A DNA stretch of 61,178 nt from Chlamydiota bacterium (GTDB taxonomy: Bacteria > Chlamydiota > Chlamydiia > Chlamydiales > 2-12-FULL-49-11). Below the pieces are notes generated by a model. The model saw nothing but the letters and a program-made list of their open reading frames with translations, did not search any database and was not told where the DNA came from. Positions 1 to 9,286 of the stretch are shown piece after piece. The first letter of the stretch is position 1. Each line of letters starts with the position of its first letter. The position numbers and the translations under genes are program-made. Where the stretch lies: the NCBI GenBank assembly GCA_947478685.1, contig CANJWO010000004.1, positions 1 to 61,178 on the forward strand. Reading direction: 5' to 3'.

Positions 1-44
1 GCTTGTAGCCTTTGTTGTTCCACTTTAAAATTCTCCCAAGCCAT
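1..44 (-). CDS. IS481-family transposase, N-terminal fragment (runs off the window)
   Basis: The minus strand reads ATG GCT TGG GAG... = MAWENFKVEQQRLQ, which fits the MPW...v.eqR..f start of IS481-type transposases. A GAGG RBS lies just upstream. Confidence 0.6.
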   Translation of the reverse strand, partial: MAWENFKVEQQRLQ

Positions 45-93
45 AAAAACCTCATAAATTATTTAATATAAGGTTATTATAACATATTTTTGT

Positions 94-149
94 AAAGTGT
101 TACCTATGTTGGTGAATCAAAGTGTTACCCATGTTGGTGAACTGGACCA
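94..149 (-). mobile_element. Left end of IS481-like element with two subterminal direct repeats
   Basis: AAAGTGTTACC(T/C)ATGTTGGTGAA occurs at 94-116 and 119-141 (25-bp period, 1 mismatch), upstream of the transposase start. This is a typical AAGTGTTACCCATGT end motif. The exact terminus is uncertain. Confidence 0.6.
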
Positions 150-234
150 CCACAGAGATCACAGAGAACACAGAGAAAAAATAGAAAGTTTTTTTGCGCG
201 CAGCGCCTCTGTGTTCTCTGTGCTCTCTGTGGTG
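148..234. repeat. CACAGAG-triplet palindromic element (REP-like), copy 1
   Basis: CACCACAGAGATCACAGAGAACACAGAG - spacer - CTCTGTGTTCTCTGTGCTCTCTGTGGTG. Homologous to 28228-28311 and 52766-52851. Confidence 0.9.
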
Positions 235-408
235 AAAATTTTTTCTTTATATTCTGATAATAAACATGTTGCATGAGAATGCTTAGGATAGCTTTCTAAA
301 AAATCCTAAAGTTCTAGTCCGTGATCTCTGTGGTGTATATATTTTTCTAAGTAGAAATCTGGTGGTTTTTGCTAGTGTTGCAATTCGGGGTGCTGATATG
401 AGTTAGGT

Positions 409-2064
409 ATGAAGATATTGGTGGCGCAGCTTAATCCGGTTATTGGCGATCTTGAAGGCAATATGGAGAAAGTCCTTGTTGCCATGGAGGTAGCTAGGAC
501 GCAAGAAATTGATATTGTGGCGTTTCCAGAAATGACGCTTTGTGGGTATGCTCCTGAGGATCTTGTTCTTCATAAAAATTTCATTGAGGAGATGGAGTTA
601 TGTCTCGATAAAATTGTGCGTGAGTCAAAAGGGATAGCAGCGCTCGTTGGACTTGTACGGAAAAATCCGATTCATGAAGAGAAGGGGTTGCTCAATAGTG
701 CTGCGGTTATTTCGGATGGGAAGCTTCTAGGATTTCATGACAAGTGGCTCTTGCCTACCTACGATGTTTTTGATGAACGGCGGTATTTCTCGCGAGGGAA
801 GAATGTTAACATCTTTGAGATAAAGGGGATGCGCATAGCGGTCCTCATATGTGAGGATATGTGGCAAAATGCGGGCGAGGAGATTTCTGGCACGTCGTAT
901 CCGTGGGATCCTGTGAAGGAGCTTGTTATTTATAAGCCCGATATTCTGTTTAATTTGACAGCTTCCCCCTTCCAGTCAAGGAAGGCTGACATTCGTGTAG
1001 AGGTGTGCAGGGCTGCAGCAAAGACACTTAAGTGTCCGATTGTCTATACTTGTCAGGTTGGGGCAAATGGTCCTGTAATTTTTGATGGATACAGTCTCTT
1101 TGTCGATAAAGAGGGTCATCTTAAGCAAGTAGCAAAGGGATTTCAGGAAGATTATATGATAATTGACTTGAATGCCAGGGGAAATGTCTTGTCGTTTGAG
1201 CACGATCCGATGTATGACATGTTTGCAGCTCTTAAGTTGGGCCTGCATGACTATTTTAAAAAGTCGGGGCAAAAAAAAGCGATCATCGGTTTATCAGGTG
1301 GGATTGATTCGGCTCTTGTGGCAGCTATTGCAAAAGAGGCTTTGGGTTCTGAAAATGTTTTAGGTATTTACATGCCAACTAGGTATTCGTCGCATGAAGG
1401 TTTTGAGGATGCCAAAAAACTAGCAGAAAATTTAAATATAGAATTCAAAACAATTGACATAGACCAGCTTTTCCAAAACTTTCTCGACATTCTCCATCCC
1501 TATTTTAAAGAGGAGGAAGAGGATGTGACTGAAGAGAATATTCAAGCTCGAATTCGCGGTTTGATTTTAATGGGTTTTGCAAATAAGTTTCGAGCGCTTG
1601 TCTTATGTACAGGAAATAAAAGTGAGCTTGCTCTTGGCTATTGCACTCTTTATGGCGATATGTGCGGCGCGCTAAGTGTTATTGGGGATGTTCTTAAGAT
1701 GGAGTGCTATCAATTGGCCAGATGGATTAATCGGGAAACTGAGATCATCCCTCTTCGTACTTTAGAAAAGGCCCCATCGGCAGAGCTTAGACACCATCAA
1801 AAAGATTCTGATTCGCTTCCCCCTTATGAGATTATTGATAAAGTGATTCGTGGCTATATCGAAGAGTACAATACAATTGAAGATATTGCAAAAAACTATC
1901 AAATTGATGAAGAGACGGTTAGGTCAATTGTTCGTCGTATCTATAAAGCGGAACATAAGCGCAGACAAGCAGCTCCGAGTCTCCGTATCTCGAAAAAATC
2001 ATTCGCAGTTGGCCGCAGAAAGCCTCTCCATTTTTCAGGCACCTTATCTGAAAAAGTCTATTGA
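409..2064 (+). CDS. nadE: Glutamine-dependent NAD+ synthetase
   Basis: N-terminal nitrilase domain (FPEM, K..LPTYDVFDERRYF, ICED) and C-terminal SGGIDS, NIQARIRG, TGNKSE, TLYGD, PSAEL. Confidence 0.96.
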   Translation: MKILVAQLNPVIGDLEGNMEKVLVAMEVARTQEIDIVAFPEMTLCGYAPEDLVLHKNFIEEMELCLDKIVRESKGIAALVGLVRKNPIHEEKGLLNSAAVISDGKLLGFHDKWLLPTYDVFDERRYFSRGKNVNIFEIKGMRIAVLICEDMWQNAGEEISGTSYPWDPVKELVIYKPDILFNLTASPFQSRKADIRVEVCRAAAKTLKCPIVYTCQVGANGPVIFDGYSLFVDKEGHLKQVAKGFQEDYMIIDLNARGNVLSFEHDPMYDMFAALKLGLHDYFKKSGQKKAIIGLSGGIDSALVAAIAKEALGSENVLGIYMPTRYSSHEGFEDAKKLAENLNIEFKTIDIDQLFQNFLDILHPYFKEEEEDVTEENIQARIRGLILMGFANKFRALVLCTGNKSELALGYCTLYGDMCGALSVIGDVLKMECYQLARWINRETEIIPLRTLEKAPSAELRHHQKDSDSLPPYEIIDKVIRGYIEEYNTIEDIAKNYQIDEETVRSIVRRIYKAEHKRRQAAPSLRISKKSFAVGRRKPLHFSGTLSEKVY

Positions 2065-2116
2065 TTTAATCTTTCTCTTTCCATAGTCTTAACCCTCAAA
2101 TTTTAGGGGTATTATA

Positions 2117-2647
2117 ATGACAGCTATTACGAATGTGGTGTTTCCTGTACTGACAATGGATGGTAAGGCTTATCTTCTTTTAGATACGATTCCGGAAACT
2201 CTCAAAAAACCTGTGACTCTTGATTTCATTGCATCTGTTCAGGACCTTGGGGTTTTGAGAAAGAGGTGCGAAGCTACTTCTCAGATAACTCACGAGGGTG
2301 AAGTGGCTATTCATACCTATATTCTCCGTCCCAAAACTAGTTTTCATATAGGCGATTTAATTTCTAGGTTTTCTACAGAAGAGATCTCCTATTCAATATG
2401 TGTATCATCTTCTAGGTTTGAGGCAAGAGGTCAAGCGCTTGAAATTATTAAAAATTTTGGGGAGAGCTTTTTATCCACTAGTCAGAAGGAAGAGATTCTT
2501 ACTCGAGCATTATCTGTTCTTCATGCTGACTTCATAGGGGACAATTCTAAAATAGATAAGACGAAAGTCAAAATAGTGATGTTAGTCGGTATTGTAATAT
2601 TTAGTTTTGCTGCAATTTCTTTGATTATGAATAAAATGTCTAGGTGA
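2117..2647 (+). CDS. Hypothetical protein with C-terminal transmembrane helix
   Basis: 176-aa ORF with a GGGG RBS and a single C-terminal hydrophobic helix (IVMLVGIVIFSFAAISLIM). Confidence 0.65.
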   Translation: MTAITNVVFPVLTMDGKAYLLLDTIPETLKKPVTLDFIASVQDLGVLRKRCEATSQITHEGEVAIHTYILRPKTSFHIGDLISRFSTEEISYSICVSSSRFEARGQALEIIKNFGESFLSTSQKEEILTRALSVLHADFIGDNSKIDKTKVKIVMLVGIVIFSFAAISLIMNKMSR

Positions 2648-3521
2648 GGTTGTCGGGGAAAAGGAGGACTTCAGCTAGGGTCTCCTTTTTAAGGGCTAGC
2701 ATGAGAAGTCTGTCAAAGCCGACGGCAATGCCATAAGTGTTAGGAGGGAGCCCTTTTTCTAGGGCAGCAAGGAAAAAACTGTCGATAGTAAGATCGGGTT
2801 TCTCTTCGAGGGCCCTTTTTCGATTGGCCTCGATGAAACGATTTTTTTGTTCAACAGGATCTGTCAGTTCACAAAATCCATTTCCGAGTTCGATCCCTTG
2901 ATAATAGTATTCGTAGCGTTTGGCGATCTCTTTTCCGTTTATGATCGCAGTTGTTGCAAGAGCTGCGTCTTCTGCAGGAAAATTTGTGATGACTGTGATT
3001 TTATCGATTCCTAAGTTTGGTTCAACTGAAGTTGCCCAAATGTAGTGTCTTTTTATCTCTTCTCGCCAAGAGCTAGTGTTGATGTTTGAAGGCTTTGCAT
3101 AGCGATAATAAGCCTCTTCATAGGTGAGGGTTTCAACGGGTAACTTGCCCAAAAAAATAGAGAGAAAATCGAGCACCTCTTGCAAAAAGATGCTCTCTTC
3201 TGTATCTGTTTTATACCATTCGCACATGGTGAATTCAGGATTATGTCTTGATCCAGACTCCTCTTTGCGAAAGGTGTGGCCAAGGAAATAGATGTCTCCA
3301 GAGCCATTAGCAAGGAGGCGCTTCATTGCATATTCAGGGGATGTGTGGAGAAACCTTCCATCTTTTGTTTCAAAGGGATCGATGTAGGTGTCAATGGCTG
3401 CAAAGCGGGATAAAATGGGAGGATCTACTTCAAGAGATCCTCTTTCATCAAAAAAAACACGAACTTTTTTAAAAAAATTCGCCCTAAATCCTACTAACGT
3501 ATTCGCTCGTTCTCGTGTCAA
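2640..3521 (-). CDS. epmA: EF-P lysine aminoacylase EpmA (GenX/PoxA)
   Basis: LHTSPEYAMKRLLA, FRKEE..SRHNPEFTMCEWY, GIELGNGFCEL, GIAVGFDRLLML. Directly downstream of efp. Start codon uncertain. Confidence 0.92.
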   Translation of the reverse strand: MTRERANTLVGFRANFFKKVRVFFDERGSLEVDPPILSRFAAIDTYIDPFETKDGRFLHTSPEYAMKRLLANGSGDIYFLGHTFRKEESGSRHNPEFTMCEWYKTDTEESIFLQEVLDFLSIFLGKLPVETLTYEEAYYRYAKPSNINTSSWREEIKRHYIWATSVEPNLGIDKITVITNFPAEDAALATTAIINGKEIAKRYEYYYQGIELGNGFCELTDPVEQKNRFIEANRKRALEEKPDLTIDSFFLAALEKGLPPNTYGIAVGFDRLLMLALKKETLAEVLLFPDNLT

Positions 3522-4047
3522 CTTTGATTTTCTCTCCCTCTGAGATAAAAATAGGCACTTGAATCTCTGCCCCTGTTTCTGTTTTTGCAGGTTTTAAAAC
3601 TCTACCTGAACTATCGCCTCGTGCGCCAGGAGCTGTCTCAATAATAAGCATATCCATGAATGTTGGAGGGGTAAAATCGACCGCCTCTCCTTTGTAAAAG
3701 ACAATTCCGTAGAGGAGTTCTTCCATCAGCCAAACATGTTGCTCGCCGATTAAGCTCATCGGGATCATGATTTGGTCAAAAGTAGCATCGTCCATAAAGG
3801 TCGCTCCGTCTCCATCTTTAAAGAGGAGTCTCATTTTCATCTCTTCTACGTCTGCAAGGGCGATTTTTTCATTAGATTTAAAGGTTTTCTCCATTTGAGA
3901 GCCGGTCTTTAAATTCTTTAATCTTGTTCTAGTGAAAGCTTGACCCTTCCCAGGTTTCACAAGATCTACAGACACAACGTTATATGGATTGTTATCAATT
4001 TCGACCTTCATCCCTTTGCGGACCTGGCCCGATTCAATTTCTGACAT
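3484..4047 (-). CDS. efp: Translation elongation factor P
   Basis: KPGKGQAF loop, KPAKTETG, VPIFI..GEKIKVDTR. Confidence 0.97.
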   Translation of the reverse strand: MSEIESGQVRKGMKVEIDNNPYNVVSVDLVKPGKGQAFTRTRLKNLKTGSQMEKTFKSNEKIALADVEEMKMRLLFKDGDGATFMDDATFDQIMIPMSLIGEQHVWLMEELLYGIVFYKGEAVDFTPPTFMDMLIIETAPGARGDSSGRVLKPAKTETGAEIQVPIFISEGEKIKVDTRTSEYVSRI

Positions 4048-4074
4048 AAAAGATACCTAGTTATTTTGAAGATA

Positions 4075-4869
4075 TTATTGTTCAACTACCACTTTTAGTG
4101 CAAGTAGAGAAGATCCGGGTAACTGGTTTGGGTCTACTCGAGTTTGGCGAAAGGCATCGGCAACAACTTCGGGGAGCGAATCGATGTGTTGCTCCAGCCT
4201 GGCAGTTACGGCTTCGAGGCGCCTTGTTTGAGACTCAATTTGGATGAGGATAGATCCAAGGTGCTCTGTTTTAGTTATAATGCTTGCCTGGATATCTGAT
4301 TCTACAGAGATAGCAGCGTGAACTTTTGCTTGAGCCTTATCAATTTCAGCTGTAATTATTCGTAGTTCAGGTTGTAGACGGTGAAGCTGATCTAGCGCTT
4401 TAGCAAGATGTTGATCTGAGATCTTGAGTTCAGCATGTAATCTCAAAGCCTCCTCGCGGTCGTTCGACATAACTCTAAGTGAGCTGTTTAATGCAGCTAC
4501 CGAATTTTCCAGATCTTCATTTGCCGCCGTGAATCCGGCTAGCTTACCATCAAGGTTAGTGTTTAGTAATTGAAGAGCAGCTAGTTGCTTTTTCATCTCT
4601 TCTAGTTCTGCATATCTGCTTACATAATGACTCCCAAAGCCGATAACAGCGGAAGCAACAGTTAAGACTACTCCTAAAAGAAAGGCTCCCTGAAAGAACG
4701 CCGCCACAGCGCCTACAACTGCAATAACAAGCCCCGTTAACATTACCGAATCGCGCCAATAGAGACTTACTCTTTGACTAAATGGAATAGGGTCAGCACA
4801 ACTAATAAGAGCCTGCACCCAGCTGCAACAACTCATGCTACATAAATTTGGTATTTCCATCACATACAC
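4075..4869 (-). CDS. Inclusion-membrane (Inc/IncA-like) protein candidate
   Basis: Bilobed hydrophobic segment of about 40 aa (VMLTGLVIAVVGAVAAFFQGAFLLGVVLTVASAVIGFG) followed by a long coiled-coil region. Confidence 0.6.
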   Translation of the reverse strand: MYVMEIPNLCSMSCCSWVQALISCADPIPFSQRVSLYWRDSVMLTGLVIAVVGAVAAFFQGAFLLGVVLTVASAVIGFGSHYVSRYAELEEMKKQLAALQLLNTNLDGKLAGFTAANEDLENSVAALNSSLRVMSNDREEALRLHAELKISDQHLAKALDQLHRLQPELRIITAEIDKAQAKVHAAISVESDIQASIITKTEHLGSILIQIESQTRRLEAVTARLEQHIDSLPEVVADAFRQTRVDPNQLPGSSLLALKVVVEQ

Positions 4870-4921
4870 CCCAAAATTAAAAGAAGATGTATATCATAAA
4901 ACTTTTAAGATTTCAATAAGA

Positions 4922-5563
4922 TTATTTCTTGTTCTTCTTTCTAGTTTTAAAGGCAGTTTCGACTTGAATTGCTTGCTTGAGGAGAAGCCCGGCATGGAGG
5001 AGGTTTGTCTCTGATTGATAGACTAGGTGGATAGCAAAGAGTTCCTCAATTGTCTGTTTTTCTTTCTCGTCAAAAGATTCTAGCGAGATTAAAATAAGCT
5101 CGTTAATGATCTCTTTGATCGTCGCTTTTTCATCGATGAGGGAGGTCGCTTTTCCTTGAAGGTCGAGAATATTGCGCTGCAAATAAATTTGGAGATTTTG
5201 CGTAAGTTCCACAATTTCAGATCTTCTAATATTAGGTGTCTCATCTTCAGTGAAATGAAAGGGATCAATTTCTTGCAATAGGGACTTAATTGCCTGAATG
5301 ATCTTATTTCCCCGTTTTTCTAGATCGTCAGGTAGAAGGAGAAACTCATCTATATCTGAATGGAGCTTCTTAAGATAGCCATTCATCTTTTCCCCAAAAG
5401 GGGGAGCCATCATCGTCTTTAACTCAGGAAGCAATTTTGTAAGTAGGTCTAGCTTGCTATTCAAATCCTTCGAGCGTCCCCGCTCACAAATAGACAAAAT
5501 GGAACCGATTGTCACTTTTAGTGAGTGAATAATTTTATATCTGTGATTTATTATATATTTCAT
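4922..5563 (-). CDS. Hypothetical helical protein
   Basis: 213-aa ORF with no recognised motif. The true start may be further downstream. Confidence 0.55.
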   Translation of the reverse strand: MKYIINHRYKIIHSLKVTIGSILSICERGRSKDLNSKLDLLTKLLPELKTMMAPPFGEKMNGYLKKLHSDIDEFLLLPDDLEKRGNKIIQAIKSLLQEIDPFHFTEDETPNIRRSEIVELTQNLQIYLQRNILDLQGKATSLIDEKATIKEIINELILISLESFDEKEKQTIEELFAIHLVYQSETNLLHAGLLLKQAIQVETAFKTRKKNKK

Positions 5564-5631
5564 AATTATTATTTATTATTTTTTTATTTATACTAACAAT
5601 ACAGCATGCTAGTTAATAATAATAATGAAAT

Positions 5632-8600
5632 TCAGAGAGGGGGCTTAGTGAGAAGCTTGACGACGAAAGCTTCGAGGGCAGCGGGTGAGGGTTGAGGGGG
5701 GAGGAGGTACGATTTTGAGGGAAGTGAGACGTGCTCAGTGGCAATTGTATGAGCTAGGAATTTGAGAGTTGTGTAGTTAAGTTTGTTTGCAAAGACTCTG
5801 ATTCTGGTCATGTGGTAGAGCCAGGTAACAGAGATGGGTGGAGCTCCAAAACGGTCTTTGAGCTCTTCAAAGATGTTGTCGACTTCTTCATTCGACGTGG
5901 CCTCTCCAAGCCGGTGGTAGATTTCTAGGCGAAGAGATGAGTCGGGAATGTAGTCGGATGAAAGTTTGGCATCAAAGGAAAATTCGAGTCTTGTCTCTAA
6001 GAAGGTAGTTGGGGCTTCATGTTTGAGGGCTTCGATTGTCCTTTTAAGGAGTTTACAGTAGAGGTGAAAGCCGATGCTTGAGACGTGGCCCGATTGTTGT
6101 ACACCTAGAATATCGCCAGCACCTCTCAGTTCTAGATCGCGCATAGCAAGTTTCATGCCGCCTCCAAATCCGGAAGTTTCAACAAGGGCATTTAACCGCT
6201 TTTGTGATATTTCGGGAAGTTGTCTGTTTTTGGGTATCATAAAATATGCATAAGCTGTTTTATTCCAGCGCCCAACTCTTCCACGGAGTTGATAGAGATC
6301 TGAAATTCCAAAGGTGTCAGCTCTGTCGATAAAAATTGTGTTAGCATTTGGCATATCGATGCCGCTTTCAATAATTGTGGTTGCGACGAGGACATTGATC
6401 TCTCCGTTTTTAAATGCATGGAAGACGTCATCGATCTGATCGCTTTCTAGTTGTCCGTGAACCACTCCAACTTTAGCTGCTGGGACAAGTTTTTCTAATT
6501 CTTCGGCAACTTTATAGATTGATTCAACTCGGTTATGAACAAAAAAGACTTGGCCATCACGGGATAGCTCGCGAAGGATCGCATTCCTGATAAGGCTTTC
6601 CTCTCGTTCAACAAGGAGGCTTTTAATGGGGAGTCTGTCGCCTGGTGGGGAATTTATAACAGAAAGTTTTCTAGCTCCAACAAGAGAGAGATAAAGTGTT
6701 CTGGGTATAGGTGTTGCGCTCATGCTGAGGGAGTCGACTCCCACTTGGAAGGCTTTAAGCTTCTCTTTTGCTCTGACTCCAAAACGTTGTTCCTCATCGA
6801 TGACAACAAGGCCTAAGTCTTTAAATAGGACGTCTTTACCAATCATCCGGTGAGTGCCGATTAAGATGTCGACTTTCCCCTCAGCTAACTTTGTTAGCGT
6901 CTCCTTGTTCTCTTTTGCAGTTTGAAACCTGGAGACAAGAGATATATTAATAGGAAACAGCGCCATTCGCTCTTTAAATGTCTCATAATGTTGAAGCGCC
7001 AAAACGGTTGTTGGGACAAGGACTGCTACTTGTTTTTTTCCATCGACAACAACTTTAAATGCGGCTCGCATAGCAACTTCTGTCTTTCCATATCCGACAT
7101 CGCCACAAAGGAGGCGATCCATTGATTCTGGGATCATCAGATCTGCTTTAATCTCTGAAGTGGCTTTTACTTGATCTTCAGTCGGTATATAGGCGAATGC
7201 TTCGTCAAATTCACCAACTTCAGAGCTGTCAGGTGGGCAAGAAAATCCCCCTTTTACAGCCCTCTCAGCTTGCATTTGAAGGAGGTCTTTTGCATATCCA
7301 AGTATGGCTTGCTGCGCTCTAACTTTTGTTTTAGCCCACGAAGTCGTTCCCAGTTTATGTAGCTCAGGTTTCTCCTCATGAGAGCCTATGTATCTTGAAA
7401 TTAAATGTGATTGGGAAGAGGGAACGTAGAGTTTGCTACTCCCCGAATATTCGATGATAAAGAATTCGTCCTCAATGCCGAGGTGATTTTTTTGTTTATC
7501 AAGGCCTAGATATTTTCCAATGCCGTTATGAAAATGGACAACATAATCGCCTGGTTCAATATTATGAAAATCGGAGAGGGGTGTGTGATAAGTAGAACGC
7601 CAGGCAGTTCTTCGTGTTTTTGGCCTACCAGAAAATTCAGTGAATGGAATTAGAGCGGTCTTATCATAGGCAAAGCCGCTTGATAGATAGCCTTGGATAA
7701 ATTGTGAATTAGGAGGGAGAGGATCTAGGGATTCTCTGACGGAGGTCTCCTCTTTTTCCCCTTCAACTAGAAAGATCTGTTTTTGCTCTTGATCTAAGTT
7801 AGCAAGATCGATTGGATAAAATGGATGGTGGTACCGTTTAAAGGGAAGACTTTTTCCAAACATTTCTAATTCAGCATTTTCTGACAAAGATTCTAAAGGA
7901 TGATCGGAAAAATAGACCCGTTTTGTCTCTCCTGCTAAAAAGGTGGGGAAGTCGATAAAAAAGCGAGGCCCGAATCCGGCGAGCTCTTTTAGTTGGACAA
8001 AGTGATTCTCGGAAGATAAAAGGTCTTCAAAAATGACTATGCTATTTTGCATGTAGTCGAGTAGAGATTCTAGGGCCAGTTCCTTAAAAATAATTGTATA
8101 CTCATCTGCATGAGAAAAAGTGAGTTCAGTTACCTTTTCAATAGAACGTTGGCTCATCGGATCAAATATTCTAATAGCTTCGATTTTGTTACCAAAAAAT
8201 TCAATTCGGTAAGGGGTCTTTTCAGAAATTGGAAAGACGTCGATGATTCCGCCGCGAACGGCAAATTGACCTTTGTCATCAACTAATTTTGTCCTTTCGT
8301 ATCCAAGAGATAAAAAGACGTCGACAAGATCCTCAAAGTTTGCCTCCTCACCTACTTTCAGCGACCAGAAAAGGGAAGAGAGAGTCTTTCTCGGTACTAC
8401 TTTTTGAAGAAAGGATTGAAGGGAGGTCAAAAGTATGTGGGGCTTTTTAGATAGGCTTAAGTTATGTAGTACCTCTAGTCGCCTTCCCATAATGTCTCTG
8501 CTTGGCGGAAGTTCTTCACCTGGAAGCGCTTCCCATGATGGTATTTCAAGTACACCATCTGGATGAAAAAAAGCTAAGTCTTGAAAGAGCTGATTTTCAT

Positions 8601-8772
8601 GAGCATCGCTTGTAATAACAATTACATTTTTTCCGGAGATCTTTTGAATTGCATGAATCAATAACGCTTTAGGACTTTCCCAAAGCCCCTCAAATAAGAG
8701 TGGCTCAAGCTTAAGTTGATTTGCCAACTCTAAAAAATAGGGTCCGTCTAATATCTCAGGTCTCTTCAACAT
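5632..8772 (-). CDS. mfd: Transcription-repair coupling factor
   Basis: UvrB-like RGGIIDVFP, CarD-like VVHFHNGIG, GDVGYGKTEVA, DEEQRFGV, QLRGRVGR, TRCF C-terminus. Start moved to ATG 8772. Confidence 0.97.
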   Translation of the reverse strand: MLKRPEILDGPYFLELANQLKLEPLLFEGLWESPKALLIHAIQKISGKNVIVITSDAHENQLFQDLAFFHPDGVLEIPSWEALPGEELPPSRDIMGRRLEVLHNLSLSKKPHILLTSLQSFLQKVVPRKTLSSLFWSLKVGEEANFEDLVDVFLSLGYERTKLVDDKGQFAVRGGIIDVFPISEKTPYRIEFFGNKIEAIRIFDPMSQRSIEKVTELTFSHADEYTIIFKELALESLLDYMQNSIVIFEDLLSSENHFVQLKELAGFGPRFFIDFPTFLAGETKRVYFSDHPLESLSENAELEMFGKSLPFKRYHHPFYPIDLANLDQEQKQIFLVEGEKEETSVRESLDPLPPNSQFIQGYLSSGFAYDKTALIPFTEFSGRPKTRRTAWRSTYHTPLSDFHNIEPGDYVVHFHNGIGKYLGLDKQKNHLGIEDEFFIIEYSGSSKLYVPSSQSHLISRYIGSHEEKPELHKLGTTSWAKTKVRAQQAILGYAKDLLQMQAERAVKGGFSCPPDSSEVGEFDEAFAYIPTEDQVKATSEIKADLMIPESMDRLLCGDVGYGKTEVAMRAAFKVVVDGKKQVAVLVPTTVLALQHYETFKERMALFPINISLVSRFQTAKENKETLTKLAEGKVDILIGTHRMIGKDVLFKDLGLVVIDEEQRFGVRAKEKLKAFQVGVDSLSMSATPIPRTLYLSLVGARKLSVINSPPGDRLPIKSLLVEREESLIRNAILRELSRDGQVFFVHNRVESIYKVAEELEKLVPAAKVGVVHGQLESDQIDDVFHAFKNGEINVLVATTIIESGIDMPNANTIFIDRADTFGISDLYQLRGRVGRWNKTAYAYFMIPKNRQLPEISQKRLNALVETSGFGGGMKLAMRDLELRGAGDILGVQQSGHVSSIGFHLYCKLLKRTIEALKHEAPTTFLETRLEFSFDAKLSSDYIPDSSLRLEIYHRLGEATSNEEVDNIFEELKDRFGAPPISVTWLYHMTRIRVFANKLNYTTLKFLAHTIATEHVSLPSKSYLLPPQPSPAALEAFVVKLLTKPPL

Positions 8773-8899
8773 TGGAGGACAATTATTACAAAGTGGGCAA
8801 TTCCAAAACCACCCTTTTCTTATGAAAGATAAGTAATTGCACAAATAGAATGTTTTGTGGTAAAGTATTTATTATTATGAACTAATAGGGGTTTTAGTT

Positions 8900-9259
8900 A
8901 TGGATTGTTTATCTAAATCTAGTTTTGTTGCTGCAGCTCATCAAAGATTAGACGTGGCAAAAGGTGCATTAAAAGAGCTCTCTCTAGATGCAGTATCTTC
9001 AAGGTTTGATATATATGACTGGGCTGGAGAGGTTTGTGATGCGAGCGCTGAGGTTGCTCTTGCTGAAAAGAGGTTTGCAGATGTTCAAAAAAGGACAAAT
9101 AGGATCGCTGGAGCTTGGTTAGAGGAGGAAAGTAAATCTTTAGTTGCACGGCCTGCTTGGGTAATGCCTATCGTAATAGCTCCCACAAGAGTTAGTAGAG
9201 GGTCTGCTCTAACAACACCAAAGGCCACTGGGGCCTCGATTTTTGGTAAAATACTCTAG
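8900..9259 (+). CDS. Hypothetical protein
   Basis: 119-aa ORF divergent from mfd, with a GGGG RBS and no recognised motif. Confidence 0.5.
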   Translation: MDCLSKSSFVAAAHQRLDVAKGALKELSLDAVSSRFDIYDWAGEVCDASAEVALAEKRFADVQKRTNRIAGAWLEEESKSLVARPAWVMPIVIAPTRVSRGSALTTPKATGASIFGKIL

Positions 9260-9286
9260 GATTGCCAGCCTTGCAGATCTTGGGGG

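Noticed and set aside
61-88. dif-like site (ATTTAATATAA...)
   Set aside because: Spacer length and the second arm do not fit; the sequence is AT-rich and lies inside the IS leader.
94-234. CRISPR array suggested by short repeats
   Set aside because: Only two adjacent 23-bp repeats with no spacers and no cas genes; better explained as an IS end plus a palindrome.
8773-8844. Cys-rich N-terminal extension of Mfd
   Set aside because: Probably read-through of the divergent promoter region; ATG 8772 is more plausible.
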